Virus record (IMG/VR): IMGVR_UViG_3300046092_000062 | Coordinates: 124,001-188,000 of that record | Length of the DNA: 64,000 bases | Reading direction: 5' to 3' (one strand) | In this document: positions 63,515 through 64,000 of the stretch, one piece after another | Layout of the letters: each line of letters opens with the position of its first letter | How positions within the stretch are numbered: position 1 is the first letter of the stretch | Translations under genes and position numbers: made by a program | Notes under the pieces: generated by a model | What the model saw: only the letters and a program-made list of their open reading frames with translations | Database searches by the model: none | What the model was told of the DNA's origin: nothing

Positions 63515-63589
63515 GCGCTAGTAGCTAAATGGTATAGCAGGAGTTTCTAAACCTCTGAATCGCGGGTTCGATTCCCGCCTAGCGCACCA
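63515..63589 (+). tRNA. tRNA with CUA anticodon (amber suppressor)
   Basis: GCGCTAG/CTAGCGC acceptor, GCTA/TAGC D stem, GGAGT-TTCTAAA-CCTCT anticodon arm (CTA 63547-49), GCGGG-TTCGATT-CCCGC, encoded CCA; promoter 63478-63506. Confidence 0.8.
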
Positions 63590-63699
63590 TAGTTAAGTAC
63601 ATTAGCGGTTTGCCTGGGAACCAGTAGAGCGATCTATCCAGGACGGAACAAAGTGGGCAAGTTGGTTCTTGCTACTCCGGCAGTGTACTTAACTATGGT
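63586..63699 (+). ncRNA. unknown structured RNA closed by an 18-bp stem
   Basis: ACCATAGTTAAGTACATT pairs with AGTGTACTTAACTATGGT; two internal hairpins with complementary loops. Confidence 0.55.
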
Positions 63700-63714
63700 T
63701 AATAAGGAAATAAC

Positions 63715-63999
63715 ATGCAAGTAATGCACGACAGAGTTTTAATTAAGAAACTCGAACCCGAAACAAAATCCGCAGGTGGCATTATGCTAACGACTTCAGT
63801 AACTCCAGTTTACGAAGCTGAAGTTGTAGCAGTAGGCACAGGCAAGCCCGTTAAAGACGGCGCACCTATTCCACTTACGGTAAAAGTTGGTGACCGAGTG
63901 ATGTACAATCCTTCTGCTACTATTACTGTAACAGTCAAGGGCGAAACTTTGCTAGTAATCAAGGAAGAAGAAATCTTCGCTATTTTGGACAACGAGTAA
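63715..63999 (+). CDS. groES: co-chaperonin GroES
   Basis: HDRVLIK, KSAGGI.L, VVAVG.G, VKVGDRV, EEEIFAI. Confidence 0.93.
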   Translation: MQVMHDRVLIKKLEPETKSAGGIMLTTSVTPVYEAEVVAVGTGKPVKDGAPIPLTVKVGDRVMYNPSATITVTVKGETLLVIKEEEIFAILDNE

Positions 64000-64000
64000 A

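Noticed and set aside
63515-63589. tRNA-Arg(UCU) assignment
   Set aside because: That register gives an AGGAG/ACCTC anticodon stem with three mismatches and removes position 26; the CUA register fits better.
1-64000. CRISPR array, rRNA, introns/inteins or IS elements
   Set aside because: No regularly spaced repeat-spacer units, no rRNA-like sequence and no transposase; nrdA and nrdB are uninterrupted and of normal length.
1-64000. Genome-wide stop-codon reassignment (code 15 or 4)
   Set aside because: All recognisable long genes are intact under code 11, and both TAG and TGA end genes at expected positions.

Overview
This is a 64-kb segment of a large lytic dsDNA phage (T4-like/jumbo myovirus type) that uses the standard genetic code. 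Its host is most likely a Betaproteobacterium; this is inferred from a Bug/TctC protein, a phasin-like gene with a PhaR-type box, a DUF3563-like peptide and a permuted tmRNA. The window encodes structural genes (pectate-lyase-like fibre, PAAR, tail-fibre-like proteins), NrdAB plus glutaredoxin, an RNA-repair set (phosphoesterase, Pnk, Rnl1) and many small early ORFs behind near-identical sigma70 promoters. It also carries a proteostasis/translation kit (ClpX, bS21, Hsp20, ClpS, ClpP, GroES, two-piece tmRNA, CUA-anticodon tRNA), a sugar/amidino-modification cluster, UvsE, AhpCD and NAD salvage (NadM-Nudix, NAMPT). The most notable findings are: (1) a circularly permuted tmRNA with the non-canonical tag ANDEQFLMVA; (2) late enzymes sharing an MKIxE/D N-terminal leader, which look like head-packaged, protease-processed effectors or polyproteins; (3) a phasin-like gene with a PhaR-like operator facing a divergent AAKP-rich protein, suggesting manipulation of host PHA granules; (4) identical G-AUAGA-C hairpins heading both NAD-salvage transcripts; (5) an amber-suppressor tRNA followed by an unknown structured RNA; and (6) repeated late promoters embedded in RBS-occluding hairpins. 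All calls come from manual motif reading; no database searches were run.
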